Source: an uncultured Candidatus Saccharibacteria bacterium (GTDB taxonomy: Bacteria; Patescibacteriota; Minisyncoccia; Phycocordibacterales; UBA1006). From it: a stretch of DNA of 64,000 bases. Position 1 is the stretch's first letter. Each line of letters begins with the position of its first letter. Under the pieces are notes generated by a model. That model made no database searches, was not told the DNA's origin, and was given only the letters and a program-made list of their open reading frames with translations. Positions 10,253 through 19,867 of the stretch are shown here, in pieces. The position numbers and the translations under genes were made by a program. The DNA lies in contig CAZQDL010000001.1 of NCBI GenBank assembly GCA_964592365.1, positions 13,198-77,197 of the forward strand, given 5' to 3'.

Positions 10253-11602
10253 CTAACAAGATTGTGAAGTTGCTGGTTTAGTTGTTGTACACTGTCCATC
10301 AGGAACAACAGCTCCCAGATTATCCTTACAAGTTACGGTTCGAGTTTGTGTTCCTGTTGCTCCTTCATTCCAGGTACATGCTGCATTCAATGAAGTACAT
10401 GCAGTTGATGATGTCGGTCCTGCACACTGATTTACCGTTGTTGTATTAGTCGCTACCCATGAACAATCTCTATTCAATGAAGTACATGCAGTTGATGATG
10501 TCGGTCCTAAACAAGAAAGGAACGTTGGTGTGTATCGATTGTTACACGCAGAGTATTCAGGACAAACATAGTCATATCTAAACTGCTGTGCTTGTGTAGC
10601 TACAATCGCATCGGTTGTTGAACTCTGATCTCCACACCAAATAGCTGAACAGTTTGGCGTATTAACCGGAGATCTAACCCATCCTGAACCAGTCCAACGA
10701 GCTTTGTACCATTCTGAGTTATTTATTCCTCCTGTGTGCACTCTTACACTCCCTTGATTAGAAAGAATCTGATTGAATTGTGTTGAAGATAATTGAGAAT
10801 GCCCCTCTGAGGTATATGTACTATATGAATAATAGTATTTGTACTGAGCTTCTGTTTGGTTAGCCATGTAATAGTCTTGAGTTGTTGAACAACCAGAACA
10901 AGTTCCTCCTGTTGCCCCCATTGGATTTAAGCTATTAACACTACCTACCTGTACCCTGCTACCGTTATACACTCTATGTTCAACCCAATTGAATGCTGTC
11001 GTGTTATCAATCCAAACTTTTTGTGAAACAGGTGATACCGTATACACCCCTTCACATGAACCCCCCGCAGTTGTAGTTGTCCATGAACCTTCACATGAAC
11101 CTAGAGAAGCTGAAGTACAACTTCCCCATGCTGATGTTTCCCATGAATATGTTGCTGGTCCATTTCCACAAAGAGTAATCAAACCATCTTCATTTGAACA
11201 AACATATCTTGGGTTAGTTGCAGAAAGGTCAGCAAGAGCTGTAGACATAATGTTTCCATTTACATAAATACCTGAAGTTGTATATGTACCCATCCATGTT
11301 GCACCAAAACGAGCAGCATCAAGAACTTGTGTAACACCATTTACTTCTAAATCTTTGAAAGCTGCTGCTTTTTCTGAATAGATTTTTAAATCATCAAAAA
11401 CTGATGCAAATGATGCTGATGGATCAGTAGCTGTCTGATCAGTAAAGATTACTCGAGCATACTTATTCTGAAGATCAGTTCCTGAGATAAACTTAGCAAC
11501 AGTTGGCGTTTGAGCTACGGCTATATATCCAAGTGCAAATGTAGCAATAGCAAGAACTAGGACTCCAGCTTTTCCTCTAAATAAATGTAAAAACTTTTTC
11601 AT
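10253..11602 (-). CDS. Secreted Cys-rich fibre/adhesin, paralog 2 (split TSP1-like repeat)
   Basis: Signal peptide AVA-Q; YSWETSAWGSC ... GTQTRTVTCKD..VPDGQC..KPATSQSC. Confidence 0.65.
   Translation of the reverse strand: MKKFLHLFRGKAGVLVLAIATFALGYIAVAQTPTVAKFISGTDLQNKYARVIFTDQTATDPSASFASVFDDLKIYSEKAAAFKDLEVNGVTQVLDAARFGATWMGTYTTSGIYVNGNIMSTALADLSATNPRYVCSNEDGLITLCGNGPATYSWETSAWGSCTSASLGSCEGSWTTTTAGGSCEGVYTVSPVSQKVWIDNTTAFNWVEHRVYNGSRVQVGSVNSLNPMGATGGTCSGCSTTQDYYMANQTEAQYKYYYSYSTYTSEGHSQLSSTQFNQILSNQGSVRVHTGGINNSEWYKARWTGSGWVRSPVNTPNCSAIWCGDQSSTTDAIVATQAQQFRYDYVCPEYSACNNRYTPTFLSCLGPTSSTACTSLNRDCSWVATNTTTVNQCAGPTSSTACTSLNAACTWNEGATGTQTRTVTCKDNLGAVVPDGQCTTTKPATSQSC
10385..10508. repeat. Exact 37-bp intragenic direct repeat (10385-10421, 10472-10508)
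   Basis: ATTCAATGAAGTACATGCAGTTGATGATGTCGGTCCT twice, encoding GPTSSTACTSLN. Confidence 0.95.
11049..11101. repeat. Exact 14-bp intragenic direct repeat
   Basis: CCTTCACATGAACC at 11049 and 11088, encoding GSCEG twice. Confidence 0.85.
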
Positions 11603-11793
11603 ATATGAGAATATTGTACCATGTGTAAATAAATAATGACAAATACATTCTACACTGACATGCATTAAGCACAGCTTTTTATAGATTTATTAAAGAAAAA
11701 ATTTTGAAATGTTTTTCGTTTCCACAGAAAGCTAACTTAAAAAGCGTCGAGACTGACGCTTTTTAAATTTAAATGTTTCTTTAATAAGACTAA

Positions 11794-13113
11794 TTACGAA
11801 CATGCCGGAGCAATTGGTACAAATCTGCTATAGAAACTAGGTCCTGAAATCCATGACTCTGGACTTCCAACGGTAGAATATGACGGAGTATTATTTGTAG
11901 GTGGATTATATGGATCTCCAGAAGCATTTGTGTAGATCACACTTCCTGGGCTTCCACCTCCATTTACCTGATATTTATAGTATGGATTAACTCCAAGAGG
12001 ATTCCCATTTGAAACACACTCGTAACGATACCATGTATTATCCGAACCACTAACATAATACCCATAACAAGCATCTTGCAAATTAGTTGTTGGATTAATT
12101 GAAACCTTTGATTGATTAAAGTACCCATAACTTGCTCCCTTCCAGTTGAATGGAGAGCCATCTACCCAAATAGGGCTACAGCTACTTGTATTTGAAACTG
12201 CTGCTGTTCCGGTAATTTGAATACTATTAGAAGTAACGGTTGCTCCAGTTGATTTACAAATTGCGGTAATACTTGCATTCCAAGTAATAGGTCCAAAATT
12301 ACCATGAGACACTGGTGAAACATCAGTTTGTGCTGAAGTTGAAGTGGTTGGTCCTGATACTCTTAGGCTTACATTTTCATAAGCTGATTCATCAAAATCT
12401 ACGTTCACTATTCCATTTGCACCAGAAGTAATTGTTGGGTCTTGACTAACAGAAACATCTCCTGCTGTTAATACTGGAGCCTGACAAGAAGAAACACAAC
12501 TTTGAGATACTGCGGGCTTTGTTGCAGTACACTGCCCGTCAGAAACGACAGTACCTATATTACTTCGACACTCAACAGTTCGAGTTTGGGTTCCACTTGT
12601 ACAACTCCCCCAATTTGAAGTATACCAAGAGTAGCTCGGCTGTCCTTCACAAGGAATAAGAGTATGCCGAAATGAGCATAGATTCTTGTTGGTACCCGTG
12701 TTTTTTAGAGAAGTTGCCATGATTGAACCATCAACATTTAATCGTTGTGAGAGAGGCAGTAACGAAATATCTTCAAAAGCGTTATTTGGATTTGCAACCT
12801 TAAACCCTGAATTCTTATCACCTATCCACGTCATCCCTGAAATAAGCAGATTATTTAACACCATGAACATACTTCCTGGTTTTGGAAATTGACTCAATGC
12901 AGATCCACTTCCAGAAACATTGATTCCATATCCTGGATTATCCAAATCACCGATACTTAATCGTGAAAGTGGTTGGGGCATATTTCCTGGATGTAATAAA
13001 GGTGTTATTGGATCTCCTGGTGCTGCTTCAACCGAGGTAACAGTCATTCCTAGTACGAGTATTAATACTGTATATACAATTGTTTTTAATGATTTCATAT
13101 ATCTATTATGCAT
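11794..13113 (-). CDS. Secreted Cys-rich fibre/adhesin, paralog 3 (intact TSP1-like repeat)
   Basis: YSWYTSNWGSCTSGTQTRTVECRSNIGTVVSDGQCTATKPAVSQSC; signal peptide VEA-A. Confidence 0.65.
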   Translation of the reverse strand: MHNRYMKSLKTIVYTVLILVLGMTVTSVEAAPGDPITPLLHPGNMPQPLSRLSIGDLDNPGYGINVSGSGSALSQFPKPGSMFMVLNNLLISGMTWIGDKNSGFKVANPNNAFEDISLLPLSQRLNVDGSIMATSLKNTGTNKNLCSFRHTLIPCEGQPSYSWYTSNWGSCTSGTQTRTVECRSNIGTVVSDGQCTATKPAVSQSCVSSCQAPVLTAGDVSVSQDPTITSGANGIVNVDFDESAYENVSLRVSGPTTSTSAQTDVSPVSHGNFGPITWNASITAICKSTGATVTSNSIQITGTAAVSNTSSCSPIWVDGSPFNWKGASYGYFNQSKVSINPTTNLQDACYGYYVSGSDNTWYRYECVSNGNPLGVNPYYKYQVNGGGSPGSVIYTNASGDPYNPPTNNTPSYSTVGSPESWISGPSFYSRFVPIAPACS

Positions 13114-14021
13114 TAGCTCTCGATAAATTGGAAGTTATTAACATCTGCATTATCCGGACAATTTGGTCCAGGACAAGTATCATCTACTCCACATCGTACT
13201 TGTGCAGATCCAACAATAATATCATTAGTGTTATCCCCTTCACATTGAATTCTAAAGAATGACCCTGAATTACCACTTGTAATTAATCCTGAATTTTCTC
13301 CTGAAGAACTTGTCCCTCGAGATCCTGGACTATTCCAAGGAGCATTTCCTGCTGTTTGACAGTTTGATACATTCTTAGAATTCCAAGAAACAGTAGCAGT
13401 TTGTCCACATGCACCAATATTTGCTGACGATCTTCCATTTACAAGAACATCGATGGTTTCAGCACATGGCCCATCAGCATCTGAAGGAGTGTTTGCTCGC
13501 GAAACGTTAGAAAAATCTAACAATCCCATTCCAACCTGAACATCACCTTGTGATTGACCACTTACATACTGTGTATCCTTTGCTTCTCCTGCTGAAAATG
13601 AACCAGTATTTGTTGAGTACACTACAGTTTGAAGACCTTCAATTGTTCCTGTATATCCACCCCATGCGAAATTTCCATCGGGAGAAAGTGCATCTGCTTC
13701 ATCATCGGTACCGTAATCAAAATCAATCCATCCAAGTGTCTCATTCCATCCCCTTCCGGTGAAATATCCGCCTCCATTCTCGGTAGTTACATAACTTACT
13801 GAATATCCATGATCAGGTTCCCATGGATCAGTAAGAGAATTAACATAAATGTTTTGACCATCCTCAGGTAAGTTTGTTGCGATAATATACCCAGTGAGAT
13901 TTCCTGTGTTCTGATAGGTACTACAATCAACCTGAGCATCAGATTGAAAAGTTGGTACACTTACCCCTACGATAAGTGAAAGAGTTAAAACTACTGCAAT
14001 TTTTTTCATCATGTTTTTCAT
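13113..14021 (-). CDS. Secreted beta-rich surface protein
   Basis: Signal peptide SDA-Q; GRGWNETLGWIDF motif; Ig-like C-terminal segment; stop overlaps the next start. Confidence 0.55.
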   Translation of the reverse strand: MKNMMKKIAVVLTLSLIVGVSVPTFQSDAQVDCSTYQNTGNLTGYIIATNLPEDGQNIYVNSLTDPWEPDHGYSVSYVTTENGGGYFTGRGWNETLGWIDFDYGTDDEADALSPDGNFAWGGYTGTIEGLQTVVYSTNTGSFSAGEAKDTQYVSGQSQGDVQVGMGLLDFSNVSRANTPSDADGPCAETIDVLVNGRSSANIGACGQTATVSWNSKNVSNCQTAGNAPWNSPGSRGTSSSGENSGLITSGNSGSFFRIQCEGDNTNDIIVGSAQVRCGVDDTCPGPNCPDNADVNNFQFIES

Positions 14022-14028
14022 AAAAATA

Positions 14029-14352
14029 TTATTGATTATAGAATAAACGTAGTTTATCCTCTCGTTCTTCTGGTGTTAATGCTGGAACCTGTGCCTGATA
14101 TTCAATAAGGGTTTGCTCTCTTAGCTCTTGTTCAATACGTCGCTCCTCTTCAGCTTCACGACGTTCATTTTCTTGCACATGCTTTCCTGTCCAAACTCCA
14201 GCAAGGTATACAAGACCAAGGAAAATCAATAGTCCTACTACCCATAGGACAACACGTGAACTTCCTGAATCTTGTTCGGGTGACCTTGAGGTTTTTAAAA
14301 TGCCATGCATTTCTTCTGGTAACACTTGATTGTCTTTAATAAATGTATTCAT
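14029..14352 (-). CDS. Small single-TM hypothetical protein
   Basis: ORF with one hydrophobic helix and a coiled-coil tail. Confidence 0.6.
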   Translation of the reverse strand: MNTFIKDNQVLPEEMHGILKTSRSPEQDSGSSRVVLWVVGLLIFLGLVYLAGVWTGKHVQENERREAEEERRIEQELREQTLIEYQAQVPALTPEEREDKLRLFYNQ

Positions 14353-14426
14353 ATCTAATGCATAAAGTATATCATGATAAAGAATAAGGTGAAAAGAAAA
14401 AACAAGCCTAGCTTGTTTTTTCTTTT

Positions 14427-15638
14427 CTATTCAGTATCTCCAAGTTCAGAAAGTGGTGTAAATCCATCATCTTCTTCTTGATCGTCTTCAACGATATGTG
14501 GATTACTACTTGTTCCTGAAATATCAATTTTCCATCCTGTTAATTTTGCAGCCAAACGAGCATTTTGCCCTTCCTTTCCAATAGCAAGTGAAAGTTGATC
14601 ATCTGCAACTATTACCTTTGCTTGTTTTTTCTCAAGATCACCTTCAATATCAATAACTGAAGCTGGTGCAAGTGCATTAGCCACAAAAAGTAATTCATCC
14701 TCAGACCAAACGATGATATCAATTTTTTCTTCTCCTAGTTCTCCTACTACTGCATTAATTCTTGATCCACGCTGACCAACACAAGCACCAATAGGGTCAA
14801 CGTCAGGGTCATGACTAACCACTGCAATCTTAGTTCGAGAACCTGCTTCTCGAGTAATTGATTTAATTTCAACTACTCCTGTTGCAATTTCTGGTGATTC
14901 GATTTTAAATAGTTCACGAATCAATTCTGGAGTACTTCGAGAAAGGTGAAGTCGAACTCCTCGTGTACCTGGTTCTACTTCTGAAAGAAGTACTTTAATC
15001 CGATCTCCTGGTTTATACCATTCTCCTCGTGATTGATCAGGCTTATCGATAACTCCAACCGTACGTGGAGCAAGTTCAACGAAAACTTTTCCTCCTACTA
15101 CTTTTTGGATAATACCGGTAAGAATTGTTCCGATAAGTGATTCATATCTTTTCAATTTGATGTCTTTCTCTGCATCACGAAGTTTTTGCATAATAACTTG
15201 TTTTGCAGTCATTGCAGCAACACGTCCAAATTCTTCATTATCATCAAGCGGATTATCAAGTGGGAAGATGATTTCATCTTCTAATCCTGCATTAGCTCGT
15301 AAACGCTTTGCATCTTCAAGATACATATGATGTTCAGCATTGAATCTAACTCGTTCATCTTCTTCATTGTCTTCTTGAAAATCAGGGTCATCTAATTGCT
15401 CTTGAGTAAGTGCTGGTTTTACCAAACTATCATCAACAACAGTTTTCACTTGATAAAATTCAAGGTCTCCAGTTTCGGGATTAAAACGAGATCTAATTAC
15501 TTGCCCTTTTGCTCCATAATCCTTTTTATATGCAGCAGCAAGAGAGTGCTCAATGGCTTCTAGTATTTTTTCTCGTGGAATATTTTTTTCTTCTTCAATT
15601 TGTTGCAGTGTTGACTGCAGTACTTTTAAGTCAAACAT
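14427..15638 (-). CDS. nusA: Transcription termination factor NusA
   Basis: FGRVAAMTAKQV, S1 domain, REAGSRTKIAV, GACVG, AIGKEGQNARLA. Confidence 0.97.
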   Translation of the reverse strand: MFDLKVLQSTLQQIEEEKNIPREKILEAIEHSLAAAYKKDYGAKGQVIRSRFNPETGDLEFYQVKTVVDDSLVKPALTQEQLDDPDFQEDNEEDERVRFNAEHHMYLEDAKRLRANAGLEDEIIFPLDNPLDDNEEFGRVAAMTAKQVIMQKLRDAEKDIKLKRYESLIGTILTGIIQKVVGGKVFVELAPRTVGVIDKPDQSRGEWYKPGDRIKVLLSEVEPGTRGVRLHLSRSTPELIRELFKIESPEIATGVVEIKSITREAGSRTKIAVVSHDPDVDPIGACVGQRGSRINAVVGELGEEKIDIIVWSEDELLFVANALAPASVIDIEGDLEKKQAKVIVADDQLSLAIGKEGQNARLAAKLTGWKIDISGTSSNPHIVEDDQEEDDGFTPLSELGDTE

Positions 15639-15686
15639 AATTTTATTTTGTTTCACCAATTACTGGTGATGATTAATTCCCGAATG

Positions 15687-15716
15687 AAAAAGAATATGTA
15701 AGGTACATATTCTTTT
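15687..15716. terminator. AT-rich terminator hairpin upstream of nusA
   Basis: AAAAGAATATGTA-AGG-TACATATTCTTTT. Confidence 0.65.
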
Positions 15717-15745
15717 GTATTCGATACCTTTATAGTACCCGAATA

Positions 15746-16690
15746 TTATGCTTCGGCAATATTTTGATCTTCAAAGACGGTATCGTCAGCGATAATTTCA
15801 AAAAATGCTTGGATATTAAAAGCTGATTCACGTACTTGATTAAGCCTATCATCCATTTGAATAATGGTTGAAAGGGTTAGTAATTCATCTTGTTCATCTG
15901 CACTAAGATTCTTCAATGAGCCTGCAACGTGTGAAATACTGTTGAGTAACTCAGTATGTCGTGCCCCTATCGCATAAGGAACATCAAGAGATACTAATTC
16001 GTTTACTAAAATATCATATTTTTCAGCTGCTTTTTTTAATTCGCTTTTTCTTGGTTCATCACTTTCCAATGATTCAACAAGTAGTTGAATGTCAGCAGTT
16101 TCAACTGGATATTTAGAGAGAAGAGATTCCATCTCCTGTTGATACTTTCGAGTGAGTTCTCTTGTATTTTCAACCAAGTTTAATTCGTCTCTAACATATA
16201 ATCTTCCAGAAACAGGGATCTGCTTTACATACTCTGCTATGTTATTAGATATTTGATCTTGAGTTTCTGGATCTAAGGTTCCTCCAGATTCTTCAATAGC
16301 AAGTATCGCAGTATAGATACTTCTTCCTAATCTTTCTGATTCTGTCATGTTGGTTTCATAATTTTCAAAACCAGCATCTCTTCGTTCTTGAATATTTTTT
16401 CGATTTCTCACATATTGAGCATCATCCACCCCATCACTGTCAGTATCAGCAAGATATGGATTAAGACCCCAGAGGATCTCTTCCCAATCAGGTAAACCAT
16501 CCATATCGGTATCAACATCACTTCTTTCTTCGTCTTCAAGAAATACGATATCAATTCCTCTATTTTTTTGTTCTGAGCGCTCCTTTTGACGTTCAATTAT
16601 TGTATATATGCTGAATCCAACAATGATCAATGAGAGTGTGATGATGATAATACGGCGAACCCATAGGCTCGGAAGGAAATTCATGTTCAT
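15746..16690 (-). CDS. Membrane-anchored protein with DxDxDG Ca-binding repeats
   Basis: N-terminal TM; DTDMDGLPDWEE...ADTDSDGVDD. Confidence 0.65.
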   Translation of the reverse strand: MNMNFLPSLWVRRIIIITLSLIIVGFSIYTIIERQKERSEQKNRGIDIVFLEDEERSDVDTDMDGLPDWEEILWGLNPYLADTDSDGVDDAQYVRNRKNIQERRDAGFENYETNMTESERLGRSIYTAILAIEESGGTLDPETQDQISNNIAEYVKQIPVSGRLYVRDELNLVENTRELTRKYQQEMESLLSKYPVETADIQLLVESLESDEPRKSELKKAAEKYDILVNELVSLDVPYAIGARHTELLNSISHVAGSLKNLSADEQDELLTLSTIIQMDDRLNQVRESAFNIQAFFEIIADDTVFEDQNIAEA

Positions 16691-16720
16691 ACCTATTAGT
16701 ATACGAAGGCCTTCAACATT

Positions 16721-17509
16721 TTACAAACATGAAGCAAGGAAAAGAAAATCTTGAAGTGATACCGCTTCAGCTCTAACCTGCTTGGAATACCCTCGATTGA
16801 TAAGTATTTGTTGCCAATATTCTTTGTCTTTCCATAATAGTGCCAAATTAGAAGCAAGCTGTTTTCTTTTGTGAGCAAAACCCGCCTTAATGATATTAAA
16901 GAATGCTTGCTCCTGATTGATATCAGAAAACACATTACGAGATATATTGCTAATAGTTATCACAGCTGAATCAACTTTTGGTTTTGGAGAGAAATATCTT
17001 CGAGGAACCTTCGTTACCATTTTTGCCTTTCCATATACGGCAACAGAAAGTGCAAGTAAACTATTTTTTTGAACATCAACGATACGTGAAGCAACTTCTT
17101 TCTGAATAAGTAAGGTCATTGTTTTAGGCTGACACACAGAGGAAAGAAATAATCTGATAATAGCGCTTGTAATGTAGTAAGGAACATTAGCAATAACTAC
17201 ATAGGATATTCCTGCATATCGTTTTGCAAGATCTATTTCCATGATATCAGCGTGGATTAAGATAAGTAATCCTGATTCAATGTATGAAGAAAGACGTTCC
17301 GAAAGATATTCAATCATTCGAATGTCTAGTTCATATGCATGAACGGTATACCCTCTTTCAAGGAGTGCTTCAGTAAGTACTCCCTTTCCTGGACCCACTT
17401 CAACAACAATATCTTCTGAAGATATTGAAGAAGATTCAATCATCGAAGAAACAACTTGGGGTGCATTTAAGAAGTTTTGACCTAGTGATTTTTTTGCACG
17501 AAGATTCAT
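16721..17509 (-). CDS. rsmA: 16S rRNA m6,2A dimethyltransferase
   Basis: KKSLGQNFL, EVGPGKG, ANVPYYIT, FSPKPKVDS. Confidence 0.96.
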   Translation of the reverse strand: MNLRAKKSLGQNFLNAPQVVSSMIESSSISSEDIVVEVGPGKGVLTEALLERGYTVHAYELDIRMIEYLSERLSSYIESGLLILIHADIMEIDLAKRYAGISYVVIANVPYYITSAIIRLFLSSVCQPKTMTLLIQKEVASRIVDVQKNSLLALSVAVYGKAKMVTKVPRRYFSPKPKVDSAVITISNISRNVFSDINQEQAFFNIIKAGFAHKRKQLASNLALLWKDKEYWQQILINRGYSKQVRAEAVSLQDFLFLASCL

Positions 17510-17547
17510 GGATACACTGTAGCAAAAAAGCATGTCTTTTAACATGC

Positions 17548-19452
17548 TTAAAACTCAAGGTATGAGGTTTGAATACCGCTATCACCATCAGCATCCACAA
17601 GAAGATGTTCAGGGATATCAACGATAAACTCTGAAGGTTCATTTATGCGTTGTTGACCAAAAATGGTTCTCATTTGAGCGTAGGAAAGATGAAGTTGTTT
17701 TTTAGCTCGAGTAAAGGCAACATAACACAATCTTCTTTCCTCCTCTTCTTCATGCTTGTTCTTCACCTCGTCACGAGATGAAGGAAATAATCCTTGTTCA
17801 AGACCAACAACAAATACTTGTTCAAACTCTAATCCTTTTGACGCATGAATAGTCATAAGTTTTACGGTATTTCCGTCTTTAGTGTTTGATCCTAAATTAT
17901 CTTGATCTGAAAGTAAGGCAACTTCCTCAAGAAACTTCTCAAGAGCATACTCGTCATCATCATACTTGTTAGCATAGGTAACTAATTCCTTCATGTTTTC
18001 CAGTCTTTCTCTATCGTCTGCACTTCCTTCTTGTAGGGCTTTTTCAAGACCTGATTCTTTGATTACAAAACGAATAGTGTCTGAAGGTGTGTTTGATTGT
18101 GCATAGTGATATATTTTTGAAAGTACTTCAGTAAATTGCTGATATGCAATTTTTGATTTTCCAGATAGTTCTCCTGACTGTCCTGCAAAAATCTTTGCGA
18201 TAGCAACTTTTCCTAAACCTCTTTTTGGTTCATTTATTATTCGCTTTATATCAGCAAGTGAATCAGGATTCAACGCTGATCTTAAATACGACATAACATC
18301 TTTAATTTCTTTACGAGCAAAGAATTTTACCCCTACCACCTGATATGGTAACGAATACCTTAGGAAAGCTTCTTCCAATATTCGTGATTGAAAGTTGGTT
18401 CTAAAAAGTACTGCAATTTCTCTTGGCTCTACTCCTTCACTTATATATCGCTGAGCTTCTGAAGCAACATACTCTGCTTCTTGATGCGCTGAAAAGGCTT
18501 GATATAAGCTAACCTTTTCTCCTTCTTCATTGTCAGTCACTAATTTCTTTTCAATACGTTTCGTGTTTTTTGAAATTACCTCATGGGCAACTTGAAGAAT
18601 ATTTGAAGTTGACCGATAGTTTTTTTCTAAAAGAACAATTGTTGCGTTTGGGAAATCTTTTTCAAAGTTTAATATATTTCGCATGTCTGCACCTCGCCAA
18701 GAATAGATGTTTTGATCTCCATCACCCACAGCACATATATTATTATGCTTTGCTACAAGTAACCTTATTAACTTATATTGAATAGTATTAGTGTCTTGAT
18801 ATTCATCAACATGTACATATTTCCAACGTTCTTGATATTGTTTGAGAATTTCCTCATTACGAGCAAGTAATTCATATGTCTTGGATAACAAATCAGAAAA
18901 ATCTAAAGACTTTGATTCCCTTTTTATCTCTTCATATCGACGCCAAATTGAATGAACAATGCTTGATTGAGGATTTGAACCGGTTGCAAAAGTCTCAACA
19001 TCAACATTATCTGATTTTGATTTTGAGATAATACTTCCAATAGTTTTGGGTTCCCATATTTTGGGATCAATATCCAATTCATTCATTGCCTGTTTGATAA
19101 GTGCATGGGTATCTTGAGAATCAAGTATGGTGAAGTATTTATTCAATCCAAGCAATGGTGCATGCTCTCGTAAGATACGAACACCAAGAGAGTGAAACGT
19201 ACTTACCAAAGGAAGACCATCAATTTCCTGTAGCTCTGCATGTACTCGTTCTCTCATTTCTGTTGCTGCTTTATTGGTAAAAGTAATAGCTAAAATTGAT
19301 CGTGGATCTACCCCTTGTGCGATAAGGTTAATGATTCGATGAACGATAGTTTTTGTTTTTCCTGTTCCAGCTCCTGCAATTACCAACAAAGGTCCATGAG
19401 TGTGTATTGCCGCTTGGTATTGTTGTTCATTTAATGAGTGCAGATGTGACAT
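17548..19452 (-). CDS. pcrA: UvrD/PcrA SF1 DNA helicase
   Basis: AGAGTGKT, TFTNKAA, VDEYQD, GDGDQNIYSWRGA, MTIHASKGLEF, EERRLCYVAFTRA. Confidence 0.95.
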   Translation of the reverse strand: MSHLHSLNEQQYQAAIHTHGPLLVIAGAGTGKTKTIVHRIINLIAQGVDPRSILAITFTNKAATEMRERVHAELQEIDGLPLVSTFHSLGVRILREHAPLLGLNKYFTILDSQDTHALIKQAMNELDIDPKIWEPKTIGSIISKSKSDNVDVETFATGSNPQSSIVHSIWRRYEEIKRESKSLDFSDLLSKTYELLARNEEILKQYQERWKYVHVDEYQDTNTIQYKLIRLLVAKHNNICAVGDGDQNIYSWRGADMRNILNFEKDFPNATIVLLEKNYRSTSNILQVAHEVISKNTKRIEKKLVTDNEEGEKVSLYQAFSAHQEAEYVASEAQRYISEGVEPREIAVLFRTNFQSRILEEAFLRYSLPYQVVGVKFFARKEIKDVMSYLRSALNPDSLADIKRIINEPKRGLGKVAIAKIFAGQSGELSGKSKIAYQQFTEVLSKIYHYAQSNTPSDTIRFVIKESGLEKALQEGSADDRERLENMKELVTYANKYDDDEYALEKFLEEVALLSDQDNLGSNTKDGNTVKLMTIHASKGLEFEQVFVVGLEQGLFPSSRDEVKNKHEEEEERRLCYVAFTRAKKQLHLSYAQMRTIFGQQRINEPSEFIVDIPEHLLVDADGDSGIQTSYLEF

Positions 19453-19518
19453 AGCAAGGAGTATATCATATTTAACTGAGGTGCTTTCATGATAAAAAAC
19501 CCATTTCTGGGCTTTTTA

Positions 19519-19833
19519 TCATGAGGCTACTTCATCTGCATCTTCTGAGTTTAAGAATATATCTAATTCCTCAAGTACAATGCTTTGAAATGACGGAAGG
19601 TGTTGTTCGATAAATTGTGCCATATCATCTTCTGATGGATTAGAGACGATAAATGTTTGGAAAATATTTTGTGTTTCCTCGCCAGCTTCGGTTAATGAAC
19701 GTATCAATGAGGCTTCCATAATCATTGATGATGTTTCATTGATCAGCTCCTTCTTTTGTTCTTCGGTATAGTCAGAAAAATCAAATGCTGCTTCGATAAG
19801 CTGATCAATAGTTAATTGTTGTTCTTGTTCCAT
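19519..19833 (-). CDS. Small acidic hypothetical protein
   Basis: ORF; -10-like CATACT 9 nt before MEQEQ. Confidence 0.55.
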   Translation of the reverse strand: MEQEQQLTIDQLIEAAFDFSDYTEEQKKELINETSSMIMEASLIRSLTEAGEETQNIFQTFIVSNPSEDDMAQFIEQHLPSFQSIVLEELDIFLNSEDADEVAS

Positions 19834-19867
19834 ATGTTGTTTAGTATGACGCACATTAAGTTAGATA

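Noticed and set aside
10385-10508. Diversity-generating retroelement TR/VR pair
   Set aside because: The copies are identical with no adenine-specific mismatches, and no reverse transcriptase is in the window
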